Shown: positions 51,309 through 60,210 of the stretch, piece after piece | Position numbering within the stretch: the stretch's first letter is position 1 | Layout: the number at the start of each line of letters is the position of its first letter | NCBI GenBank assembly: GCA_029856365.1 | Contig: JAHQWW010000002.1 | Location: forward strand, 1-64,000 | Source: Candidatus Hodarchaeota archaeon | GTDB lineage: Archaea; Asgardarchaeota; Heimdallarchaeia; Hodarchaeales; Hodarchaeaceae | Direction: 5' to 3' | DNA: 64,000 nucleotides | The notes under the pieces: model-generated | What the model was told of the DNA's origin: nothing | Database searches by the model: none | The model's input: only the letters and a program-made list of their open reading frames with translations | Translations under genes and position numbers: made by a program

Positions 51309-52007
51309 TCATAAAAAAGCAGGAATAATCATACTTAATCCAATTAATACACCTTCCAAGAAAATTATCACCCAAGCTCCCACAACGCATATACCTCCTG
51401 TAGATGAAACCCCTAGAGGTTGAGATCTGATGGATTGAGCGTCTTTACCGACTTTTCTTCTTTCATTTTCATTAGAATTTTGCAAAAAATAACAAAGAAT
51501 TTGTATGGCGATTTTACACATCTGGTATTGATTCTTATCCTTCTTCTCATCCAAGCTAAAGGGTACAGCAGGAGTATGGGACGCTATTTTAAGAAAATCT
51601 GAATAAAGATCAAAAATATGTCGTTCTCCTTTATCTTTCTTTGCTTTGGCTATCTTCTGGAGAGATGGGTTGAGAAGAATCTCTTCCATATTCAAAGAAC
51701 TTTTTTTATATCTTTCTTGTCTACTTCTGGTGAGGATTCTTACAGCCATTTGCCAAAATGGACGAGAAACTACAAAGTAAAACTGGTTAGGTTCTAAGAT
51801 GTTTTGAGGTTCGACTCTTGAAACCTTCATGTTTTCACGTGTTAAAATGACAAATTCCGTTTTTGTTGATTTTATTGGGAAATAGGTTGCAAAAAATTCC
51901 TTTGCTTTTATTTTATGAGGTACCATAATCTCATTAACACAGGTTTCAAGGTTAAAACCAATCAACTCCATATGTTTGATATTTAATATTTGTAAGATAT
52001 AAATCAT
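51309..52007 (-). CDS. Hypothetical tail-anchored membrane protein
   Basis: Soluble body with a single TM at the extreme C-terminus. Confidence 0.75.
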   Translation of the reverse strand: MIYILQILNIKHMELIGFNLETCVNEIMVPHKIKAKEFFATYFPIKSTKTEFVILTRENMKVSRVEPQNILEPNQFYFVVSRPFWQMAVRILTRSRQERYKKSSLNMEEILLNPSLQKIAKAKKDKGERHIFDLYSDFLKIASHTPAVPFSLDEKKDKNQYQMCKIAIQILCYFLQNSNENERRKVGKDAQSIRSQPLGVSSTGGICVVGAWVIIFLEGVLIGLSMIIPAFL

Positions 52008-52013
52008 CTGGTT

Positions 52014-52829
52014 CTACGTACTTCTAATCTTCTTCTTCCAGAATTTATACCATTTTATTATTGTATCATCATGAATGAAGACCTCAAATTCACCCCGAGG
52101 TTTAATTTCTTTGCCTTTTAGGATGATTTCTTTCTCGTTCTTATTTTTTTCTAAAAAGTCTATTATCATCTTTTTTACTTCAAGGACATATTCTAAGATT
52201 AAATTTACTTCTTCTTTCTTCATAATCTCTCCGTGTCCTATTATAATGTAATTTATATCAAAAGAGACATATTCTTTTAAAGCAAAAATCCACTTATCAG
52301 GATCACTGTGACGTCCTCCCCATAGAAAATCAGATCGTATATTATCACCTGTTGCTAATAGCTTATGCTTAGGAGAATAAACATAACTTGAATCAGGTGT
52401 ATGACCTCCTGTTTGCTTGATGATTATTTCGGAATCAGATTCTTTGATTACGTATTTTTCTTCAAAAACAACATTAGGAAAAACAAGGGGGAAATTTCTT
52501 TCTGGTTTACGCTTAGCTGCTTTTAAGAATTTCACTAATTGATTAGAAGCGATAATTTGACAATCAGAAAATAGGGGTAAGCTATGAGTATGATCACCAT
52601 GAAAATGGGTTAAAGCCACATATTCAATTTTATTCTTAAATAACGATTCAGCTTCGCTTCGAATCTTGGTTGCTTCGGTGATATTCCTTCCACAATCAAT
52701 CATAAGGCTTTTTGAACCTAGATTCAACACAACAATGTTTGCATGCCCTGGAAAATACAGTATATCCTGCGAGAGCTGAATTGGTTGTTGAGTCTTTTTG
52801 TTTTTCAAATTTTTCACCACATGAAACAA
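52014..52829 (-). CDS. Metallo-beta-lactamase-fold hydrolase
   Basis: IDCG, THFHGDH, GGHT, TGD, GHG; start uncertain. Confidence 0.9.
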   Translation of the reverse strand: MFHVVKNLKNKKTQQPIQLSQDILYFPGHANIVVLNLGSKSLMIDCGRNITEATKIRSEAESLFKNKIEYVALTHFHGDHTHSLPLFSDCQIIASNQLVKFLKAAKRKPERNFPLVFPNVVFEEKYVIKESDSEIIIKQTGGHTPDSSYVYSPKHKLLATGDNIRSDFLWGGRHSDPDKWIFALKEYVSFDINYIIIGHGEIMKKEEVNLILEYVLEVKKMIIDFLEKNKNEKEIILKGKEIKPRGEFEVFIHDDTIIKWYKFWKKKIRST

Positions 52830-53123
52830 AAAGAAAGAAATGACAATATTTTAACACGGAAGGATAGATGATCTTTTGAGTTATTTGTTAGTGGTAATAT
52901 GAGTATTGACAAAAAAATCATCAAGAAAGAATTATAAACAGAGAAGAGATGAATAAGAAGGAAATTAACAAACTGATTAAACTACTTGAGCAAAATTCAC
53001 CACAATTGGAAAAACTTGCCACTTGCAACAAAATGACTATATAATTACCGCTCTAAATTTGAAAGGAAAGGATCCAGTCAACAAGAAAAGAATATAACTC
53101 TAATTGAAAAAGAAGGTAGGTTT

Positions 53124-53969
53124 ATGTATCATAATCAGATATTAAAAGAATTAATTGGCGTTATTGGCACAGGAAAAATGGGAAGTGCGCTTATTAGGGG
53201 ATTACTGAAAAAAAACCTAGTAAATTCTAATCAAATCTATGCATATGATATTATATATGAAGATCTTATGGAACTGGTGAATGAAACTGGTATAAATGCT
53301 ACATTGAATAATTTACAAATAGTTGAACGATGCAGCATCATTTTTATCTGTGTTAAACCTCAAGTATTCGAAACCACTCTTCAAAAACTCCAAACCCATT
53401 TTACAAACGATCATTTAGTGATATCGATTGTTGCAGGAGTTCCTCTAACAACAATTGAGCGATTAACTGGGAAGGCACGATGTGTTCGTATAATGCCAAA
53501 TATGCCATTCCAAGTAGGAGAAGGTGCAGCTGGTTACAGTTTAGGAACCAGAAATGACAATCGAGATTCAGAAATTGTAGAACTCGTATTTGGTTCATTA
53601 GGTAAGGTCTTTCAATTTCCTGAACATCTATTAGATGCAGTTACAGGACTCTCAGGCACGGGTCCTGCTTATGTATTCGTTTTTATTGAAGCTTTGGCAG
53701 ATGGGGGAGTTTTAGCAGGATTATCTAGGCGTGAAGCCCTTATTTTGAGTGCACAAACCGTAATGGGTGCAGCTAAACTCCTTCTGGAACAAAATGTGCA
53801 TCCAGGAGTATTGAAGGATGCTATTATGTCCCCAGGTGGCACCACGGCTTCAGCATTACAGTTAATGGAAGCGCGAGGTTTTCGTTCTATTCTAATAGAT
53901 GCTGTGGAAGCTGCAACAAAAAAATCACAATTTCTGGGTCAAAATAATCTATCGTTATCTGATCGTTGA
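53124..53969 (+). CDS. proC: Pyrroline-5-carboxylate reductase
   Basis: GTGKMG, VKPQ, RIMPN, TGLSGTGPAY, SPGGTT. Confidence 0.96.
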   Translation: MYHNQILKELIGVIGTGKMGSALIRGLLKKNLVNSNQIYAYDIIYEDLMELVNETGINATLNNLQIVERCSIIFICVKPQVFETTLQKLQTHFTNDHLVISIVAGVPLTTIERLTGKARCVRIMPNMPFQVGEGAAGYSLGTRNDNRDSEIVELVFGSLGKVFQFPEHLLDAVTGLSGTGPAYVFVFIEALADGGVLAGLSRREALILSAQTVMGAAKLLLEQNVHPGVLKDAIMSPGGTTASALQLMEARGFRSILIDAVEAATKKSQFLGQNNLSLSDR

Positions 53970-54106
53970 TCGATGAATGCAACTGGATCTTTATTTGGTT
54001 CGTATTTGATTTATTTTAAGCTATCACTCACCATTGAAGGAAAAAAATTCGTGGTTACAGGTGAACGAGATGTACCTATGTATCTTTTATCTCATCCGAA
54101 TCAGTG

Positions 54107-55237
54107 TCAAATACTTCTTACTTCAATTCGTTCCAATTTTTCAATCCAAAAGGAGCCATGATAGTTGTGTGCTACAATACGGAGGCCAATCTCAGTTGAT
54201 GTCACAATTATTGATCTATCACGATAAATTTCTTCTCCACTGAAATCTACTTGGTAACCATCAGAAGCGCTTAATTGAACTATAAAATTTTCAGTTTTAG
54301 GTTGAGCACGTTCTACAATATGAAATAAGGGAACTCCAGTATAATTCTTTGGAGGAACATATGTAACATCACCAATTAATTCCGCTTCAACGGTTATTTG
54401 TAAATCATAGAAATCTGAAGGGAAGTACGTGTATGGATTAAATACATCTCCAGATACTTCCGCGGAATAGCGATTTTGAACAGCAAGGAGATAAAATACC
54501 CCGATCTCACTCACTATAATAACTATAAGTATTATTATTCTTAGAATTTGGATTTGTTTAAGCTGGCTAGGATCGCTCGGAGTCTTCCTCCAATTCAAAA
54601 CGACAGATCTATCGAAAAGTTGCCATGTGGAGATAGCAAAGAGCCCTCCAAGAAAAAAACCTGAAATAAAGCTTAAAAGTCCAATAAATCCAATAAATAG
54701 TATTGGAATTTGGGAATTGAAGAATAAAATCTGTTGAGTAATGACATTTGATAGACTAGAAAAGCCTGCGGCCACAGATAAAATAGATTTATTTTGTGTT
54801 GATAAAAACACAATGATAAAAATCTCGATAATAAGTCCTTGGGTTCCAGATAAGACCACTACTAATATTCCATGAGCACTACCACTAAAGAATTCAACAA
54901 AACCTTTTAAAATGCCCGCCATTAATGCAGTACCGACTTTTCGTTTTGCTAGGAGATAAATGAAGACTATCCAAAAAACATGTAATCCAGCCAGGATCTG
55001 CCCCCCACCAAATGGAATGCCAATTATATGGTTAATTAAATTCCCTAAGTACCCGATAAAGGTACTAAAGATCCCTCCCAACGCACTGAATAAAGCAATG
55101 ATTACCAAATCACTCGTTTCATAATAACGAATGGTTTTCTTTTTCTTCCTTACGCGATTTCCATTAATCCAAGGGATTTTTGTAGTATGAGAGGTTTCAG
55201 ACTGTTGAATTTCAGAATCTTTAACTTCATTTTCCAT
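54107..55237 (-). CDS. ECF-type transporter S-component (YkoE-like) fused to a C-terminal sulfite-oxidase-fold domain
   Basis: DLVIIALFSALGG...GLHVFW...KVGTA...GFVEF..G..HG...QGLIIE with about six TMs; then an extra TM and YTGVPL...ASDGY...LRIVA..GSFWIEKLERIEV. Confidence 0.82.
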   Translation of the reverse strand: MENEVKDSEIQQSETSHTTKIPWINGNRVRKKKKTIRYYETSDLVIIALFSALGGIFSTFIGYLGNLINHIIGIPFGGGQILAGLHVFWIVFIYLLAKRKVGTALMAGILKGFVEFFSGSAHGILVVVLSGTQGLIIEIFIIVFLSTQNKSILSVAAGFSSLSNVITQQILFFNSQIPILFIGFIGLLSFISGFFLGGLFAISTWQLFDRSVVLNWRKTPSDPSQLKQIQILRIIILIVIIVSEIGVFYLLAVQNRYSAEVSGDVFNPYTYFPSDFYDLQITVEAELIGDVTYVPPKNYTGVPLFHIVERAQPKTENFIVQLSASDGYQVDFSGEEIYRDRSIIVTSTEIGLRIVAHNYHGSFWIEKLERIEVRSI

Positions 55238-55239
55238 TT

Positions 55240-56823
55240 TTATCTTTCCAAGATTCGTAAGAATTTAACATATTTCATCCATCGATACCCCGCTGAAGGC
55301 CAAATATGAAACCCTTCGCCCAATGGAGAAGTAATTTGACAGTCATCATTACTGTACGCGCCATCAGGGGCCAGAAAAACTATTCGATAGCCATCAATCC
55401 ATTCAGGCACAAAGGTCTCATTGTAAGCATATGCAAGTATCACATCACCTTGAATTATTTTCCAAGAATTATTAGGAAAGATTACTGGGTAACTAAAATT
55501 TTGGATTAATCCATCCCATGTTTCGATCTCTAAGACATGATTAGGGGTCATTCCACCCACAGTTTCCAGGAGATCACTTATTAAAACACCTCTATATTCG
55601 CCATAGGATCGCCAATTGTCATATTGATTTTGAAAACTACTTTGACCATAGATTATATCAAATTCTAATTGTAGATCAGATACAGAAATAATGTTGACAG
55701 ATTGATCTTTAATAACCTCAATATCTAAAGGGGAGGCCCTCCTTTCAAATTCTATTGGTTTAACTGACCAATTCAAATGATTATTGTTAAAGGTTATCTC
55801 AAGGTAATGATGGAACCCTCCCAATTCTTTAGATTCATGTAAAGCTGCCCCACCTCCACCAGATGTTATAAAATGTATATTTTCACGAATAGTATAATTG
55901 TAGATATGAATATGACCAGAAAGTACAATTCTGACATTATTTTGGGCAAAAATCTTTAATAGTAAATCACTTTGAGAATCATTTAAGAAATCGTGGTCTT
56001 TTGAAGCACGAGGGTCAAACAAGGGAATATGAGTAAAGATTACTTTCGGTTGTGTATAGTAAGTACTAAAAGTTTTAAAGAGAAAATCCATAGTAGACGA
56101 TGTTAAAGACCCTGTTGATGAATCAAGAGAAATAAAGAGGAAATTTCCAAATTTAAAGCAATAATTTGACTCACCAAAAAATGTTTGATATTGCATACAA
56201 GAATTTTCTGATTTTATATCATGATTTCCTGGCGTAAAGAATACAGGTGCTGTTGAATTTCTCGTTATCCGTTGAACCTCATTAAATTGGGGAACTGTGC
56301 CAAATGAAGTTATGTCACCCAAATGAACGAGAAAAGAGTATGAATAACAGTTTAATTGACGAGTTAAGCTTTTAAATTGATAGTAGAAACCTTGAGTGTC
56401 ACCTATAGCAGCTATCTTAAAAATTTCGCCCTGAATTTCATTCTTTAATACAATTTCTCTTTTTTGCTGAGGTATGGAAATAATTTTCAATGAAAGAAAT
56501 GTAGAATTATGAATAGAGTATTTTTCTTGATCTAACAGCCCATAAATTGAAAGATTTTCTGTTTGAATATTAAAAATTGAGATGTTAAGCGTTTGATTTC
56601 TTTCTATTGTTATAGAACTGAATGTCAAATTAAATCCTTGGTTCCAAATAAAAGCCTCTCCTGAGACATGATTATATTCTAATAATGTACCACCATTGAT
56701 TTTGAATGGAAAATCAGTGGAATATTCTGAATCTTCCCAGAGAAGAAATAAAAAGAAAAATGAAAGACTAAGAGAAACCCCAAGTATTATCGTAGAAATT
56801 AATCCTATTACCCTTCTATTCAC
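55240..56823 (-). CDS. Membrane-anchored calcineurin-like metallophosphoesterase fused to a sulfite-oxidase-fold domain
   Basis: N-terminal TM; GDTQG, LGD, GNHD, THIP, GHIH; C-terminal YRGV...ILAYAYN...RIVF...RWMKYV; many N-x-S/T sequons. Confidence 0.85.
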   Translation of the reverse strand: MNRRVIGLISTIILGVSLSLSFFFLFLLWEDSEYSTDFPFKINGGTLLEYNHVSGEAFIWNQGFNLTFSSITIERNQTLNISIFNIQTENLSIYGLLDQEKYSIHNSTFLSLKIISIPQQKREIVLKNEIQGEIFKIAAIGDTQGFYYQFKSLTRQLNCYSYSFLVHLGDITSFGTVPQFNEVQRITRNSTAPVFFTPGNHDIKSENSCMQYQTFFGESNYCFKFGNFLFISLDSSTGSLTSSTMDFLFKTFSTYYTQPKVIFTHIPLFDPRASKDHDFLNDSQSDLLLKIFAQNNVRIVLSGHIHIYNYTIRENIHFITSGGGGAALHESKELGGFHHYLEITFNNNHLNWSVKPIEFERRASPLDIEVIKDQSVNIISVSDLQLEFDIIYGQSSFQNQYDNWRSYGEYRGVLISDLLETVGGMTPNHVLEIETWDGLIQNFSYPVIFPNNSWKIIQGDVILAYAYNETFVPEWIDGYRIVFLAPDGAYSNDDCQITSPLGEGFHIWPSAGYRWMKYVKFLRILER

Positions 56824-56866
56824 TTGCTATACTCCTAAATTCTTAATTTTTCTATAATTACACCAC

Positions 56867-58807
56867 CTAATTAGGAATGATAAGTATCTCTGCTATCGCG
56901 TAGACCATCCTACTTGATATAAATCCTAATCCAATCAAATGAAGGGGAGCGTGTTTCTCATCTAATAAAATACCGTTTCGTTGATAAGCAAGGATGATAG
57001 ATGTATTATATGCAATCATTTGACTGTCAAAATCTTTTGAATAACCATCTTGAGCTTTAACCTGAACTATATATCCTGTTGAAACTAAAGTGTTATTAAA
57101 ATCGTAATTAAACCCGGAGTAGTGCGTTCCACTGTCACCTCCATCAAAAATGGCAATTATAACATATAATGGAAGCCCAACAAAAGTTACATTTTTAGTA
57201 TCTTCAATAATTGTCACTGAAATTCTATGATAACGACAACCAGCTATGGACAGATATTCTTCAGCAGTTAATACGGTTGAATAGCTTGGATCTATCTGAT
57301 TTGTTAAACTAACGGTCCAATTAAGGATTGTTTCAGAGATATCAGTGATGATAATTGATTCTATTTTACTGATCCATTGATCCATTGAAAGATCTGGTGA
57401 TACTAATCTTACTGGAAATTCATCCTCGGGTAAGGGGAGATTATTTTTAACATGGGCTAAAATTAATGAATCATTTCGTGTTGTAACTGATGACGGAAGA
57501 GTCAAATTTTTTCCATCTGTTGAAAAAATTGTAACATTGTACCCTTGAGCTGCCAAAGAGTCATTGAATGTATAATGGACACTACCATCATTTCCATCAA
57601 TCATTGAGAGAACAATCCACAAAGGCATCCCTTCATAGGTATTTATTTGACCACCTTCAGAATATTGATAGCTTACATTATGAACACGATCTCCACAATA
57701 AACAGCGGAATCGAAATCATCAAGACCGATGGTTGTTTGAGAAACACCAGATAACATTATTGACCAATCTGGAATACCAGAACCAATTTTTATCGCTTCA
57801 ACATATTTTACCCAGAAATGTCCCTCTGAAATAGGCCCTCCTGAACCTAGATAACCCATTCTAAAAGGTCCACCATAATCTTTTTTCAGTGGTTCTCCAT
57901 TTTCTTCATAAATTAATGTTAATGTGAGATTTTTAGGCCCCCCATGGCCAATTTCAACTCCATTTTCATTGAAAAGGGGAACATTTCCAAAGATTTGTTT
58001 TTTAGTAAAAGTAAAGTTATAAAAATCAATAGGTACAATCTCTATGGAAAAATCAGATGTGAGATTAATAAGTAGATCTAAAGTAGCAGTCATGTTCACT
58101 CCTTTGTAATTGTACGGTCCAATGATAGCCCCTGTTGTCTTTAAATGAGATCCCGAACCCTCAACAGAAGGAAGAACTTTCAATTGAGAACGAGATAATG
58201 AAAATTTTGTATCGGGAATTTCAAATGTGATTTTTTCACTTTCTCTGATGAATTCCAGTTTATTAACCCATCTTGACCAGCGGCTACTAGAAGCTGCATT
58301 CTTATATTCTAATGATGCTGTTTTCTGTTGATCTTCCGTAGAATATTCCTCATCTGAGGGAAGAAAGACTATTCGTAATCCATCTTCCCATTTAGGAACT
58401 TTAGTACCATTGAATTCATATGCTAGAATCATTGTTCCTTGAATTTCTTCCCATTCTGACAAGGGGTAAATGTTTTCATAAGTAAAGATCTGGCTATAAT
58501 TATCTTCAGAAGTGACAATCAAAATATCACCTTCTTGAATTCCACCGACTTCTTCTGCAAAAACAGAGATAGGAACACCTCTATAAGCCCCATTATCACG
58601 CCAATTCCCAAATGAATTCTGACATTTACTTGTTCCATCAATACCTGTTAACTCGGTTATGTCTGTGAGAGTGAATTCCTCAGATTCCCCTGAGACTCCC
58701 AATACTACTAGTTCAATTTCTTGGGTTTCTTCTAGTTCGGTACAACCAGAAAGCAGTCCAATAAATAGAAGTAGAAAATAAACTATTAGAATAGACTTAA
58801 ACCTCAA
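56867..58807 (-). CDS. Lipoprotein with four tandem sulfite-oxidase-fold (molybdopterin-binding-like) domains
   Basis: Lipobox LLSGC; four repeats of Y/FxG(V/M/L)...DG/DNY...ILAY..NG..L...P.RL...W(V/I)..(I/V)..I; many sequons. Confidence 0.82.
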   Translation of the reverse strand: MRFKSILIVYFLLLFIGLLSGCTELEETQEIELVVLGVSGESEEFTLTDITELTGIDGTSKCQNSFGNWRDNGAYRGVPISVFAEEVGGIQEGDILIVTSEDNYSQIFTYENIYPLSEWEEIQGTMILAYEFNGTKVPKWEDGLRIVFLPSDEEYSTEDQQKTASLEYKNAASSSRWSRWVNKLEFIRESEKITFEIPDTKFSLSRSQLKVLPSVEGSGSHLKTTGAIIGPYNYKGVNMTATLDLLINLTSDFSIEIVPIDFYNFTFTKKQIFGNVPLFNENGVEIGHGGPKNLTLTLIYEENGEPLKKDYGGPFRMGYLGSGGPISEGHFWVKYVEAIKIGSGIPDWSIMLSGVSQTTIGLDDFDSAVYCGDRVHNVSYQYSEGGQINTYEGMPLWIVLSMIDGNDGSVHYTFNDSLAAQGYNVTIFSTDGKNLTLPSSVTTRNDSLILAHVKNNLPLPEDEFPVRLVSPDLSMDQWISKIESIIITDISETILNWTVSLTNQIDPSYSTVLTAEEYLSIAGCRYHRISVTIIEDTKNVTFVGLPLYVIIAIFDGGDSGTHYSGFNYDFNNTLVSTGYIVQVKAQDGYSKDFDSQMIAYNTSIILAYQRNGILLDEKHAPLHLIGLGFISSRMVYAIAEILIIPN

Positions 58808-59056
58808 ACTAGGTTCACCTATTATTTTCCTATAAAAAATAATTACCTGAAAGTAGAAATTTTAATAAGATCAGGTCGAATGGATGCTATATAACAGAAA
58901 TTTAATAACTTATTTGGTAGTTGTCAGTAATTTTCAAACTTTCAAATTTCCTTTAAATATTTAGTATGCACATTAAGTGAAAAACTCCCATTAGAAGAAT
59001 CCATTGTTATAGCTGATTGGCTTAAACTTCATTGATTGATTTGAGGATGAAGTATA

Positions 59057-59560
59057 TTGATTGATCCAAGTGAATTTATAACGTTCTTAGAGAAGAAATT
59101 TCAATATATCTGTGGTGTGCCATGCTCTTATTTTAAAGAATTTCTGGCCCATCTAGCTTCTCATGGAACAGAAACACAATTAAAACATGTTTACGCTACT
59201 AGGGAAGACGAAGCAATAGGGATAGCCTCGGGTGTAGCCTTTTCAGGAAAAAAAGCTCTTGTTTATATGCAAAATAGTGGGATTGGAAATATAGGAGACG
59301 CCTTGACCTCACTAGCCCAGTTATACAAACTACCTATGCTAATATTAATCAGCTACAGAGGTTTAGAACCTGATAACGATTTCCCTGAACATTCAATTAT
59401 GGGGGAAGTTAATGAACCTGTTTTGAAGGCATTTAAAGTTCCTTATTGGAATTTATCAGAAGACAGATGGACAATAGAGATGAAAGCAGCTATCCAAAAA
59501 ATGACAGAAACCTCATCTCCAGTGGTTTTACTTGTAAAAAAGGGAGTGTTGTGTCAATGA
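59057..59560 (+). CDS. comD: Sulfopyruvate (or phosphonopyruvate) decarboxylase alpha subunit, ComD-like
   Basis: GVPCS, TREDEAIGIASG, MQNSGIGN, SYRG, PEH. Confidence 0.75.
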   Translation: MIDPSEFITFLEKKFQYICGVPCSYFKEFLAHLASHGTETQLKHVYATREDEAIGIASGVAFSGKKALVYMQNSGIGNIGDALTSLAQLYKLPMLILISYRGLEPDNDFPEHSIMGEVNEPVLKAFKVPYWNLSEDRWTIEMKAAIQKMTETSSPVVLLVKKGVLCQ

Positions 59561-60126
59561 TGAAAGGATATGAGATAATTTCCGCTTTGAGTAACCATCT
59601 TAGTGAGAATGACATAATCGTGAGTTCAAATGGGAACATCAGTAGAGAAGCTTATAATCTACTTCCTAAACCCCAAGTGTATCTCAGGGGTTCGATGGGC
59701 TTACCAATTCCTGTTGGATTGGGATTGGCATTAGCTAATCCAAACAAAAGGATCACAGTAATAACTGGAGATGGAAACTTTTTAATGGGCTTAGGTTCAG
59801 CTACGACTGCTGCGTTTTACAAACCTAAAAACTTGAAAATACTTATTCTTGACAATTTAAAATATTATACAACAGGAGGTCAGAAAACAGTTTCTTCAGT
59901 TATTGACTATGTTAAATTTCTCGAATCACTATGTATCGAATATAAATGTTCCAAAAGAGCTTCTCAAGATGAAATAGAACAAGATTTGTCTGAATTTATC
60001 AACTCAGAAGTTTTTAGTGTTCTTCACTTAACCATCAAAGAAGGTAAAAAGGATTTAATGAATATACCTGATCAACCAGAAGAAATTACTGAAAAGATGA
60101 TTCTTAGATTAACTAAATTAGCATAA
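59557..60126 (+). CDS. comE: Sulfopyruvate (or phosphonopyruvate) decarboxylase beta subunit, ComE-like
   Basis: ATGA overlap with comD; GNISRE, GSMG, GDGNFLM...DN ThDP motif, TGGQ. Confidence 0.75.
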   Translation: MMKGYEIISALSNHLSENDIIVSSNGNISREAYNLLPKPQVYLRGSMGLPIPVGLGLALANPNKRITVITGDGNFLMGLGSATTAAFYKPKNLKILILDNLKYYTTGGQKTVSSVIDYVKFLESLCIEYKCSKRASQDEIEQDLSEFINSEVFSVLHLTIKEGKKDLMNIPDQPEEITEKMILRLTKLA

Positions 60127-60210
60127 TGATTCCAGATGAGAGAAATATCTTTAAACAGGAAAATTGCAGCTATAAAAGGAAAGATGAAACAGTTAAGAGG
60201 AATGTAAGAA

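Noticed and set aside
52830-53123. Purine-rich gap with short ORFs
   Set aside because: Only fragments of about 30 aa or less with no motif; a gene cannot be supported.
58808-59056. Moco/TPP riboswitch or full ModE box
   Set aside because: No recognisable riboswitch core by eye, and the ModE-like half-sites have the wrong spacing.
59446-59556. N-terminal extension of the comE ORF in the track
   Set aside because: It overlaps comD; the ATGA-coupled start at 59557 is more plausible.
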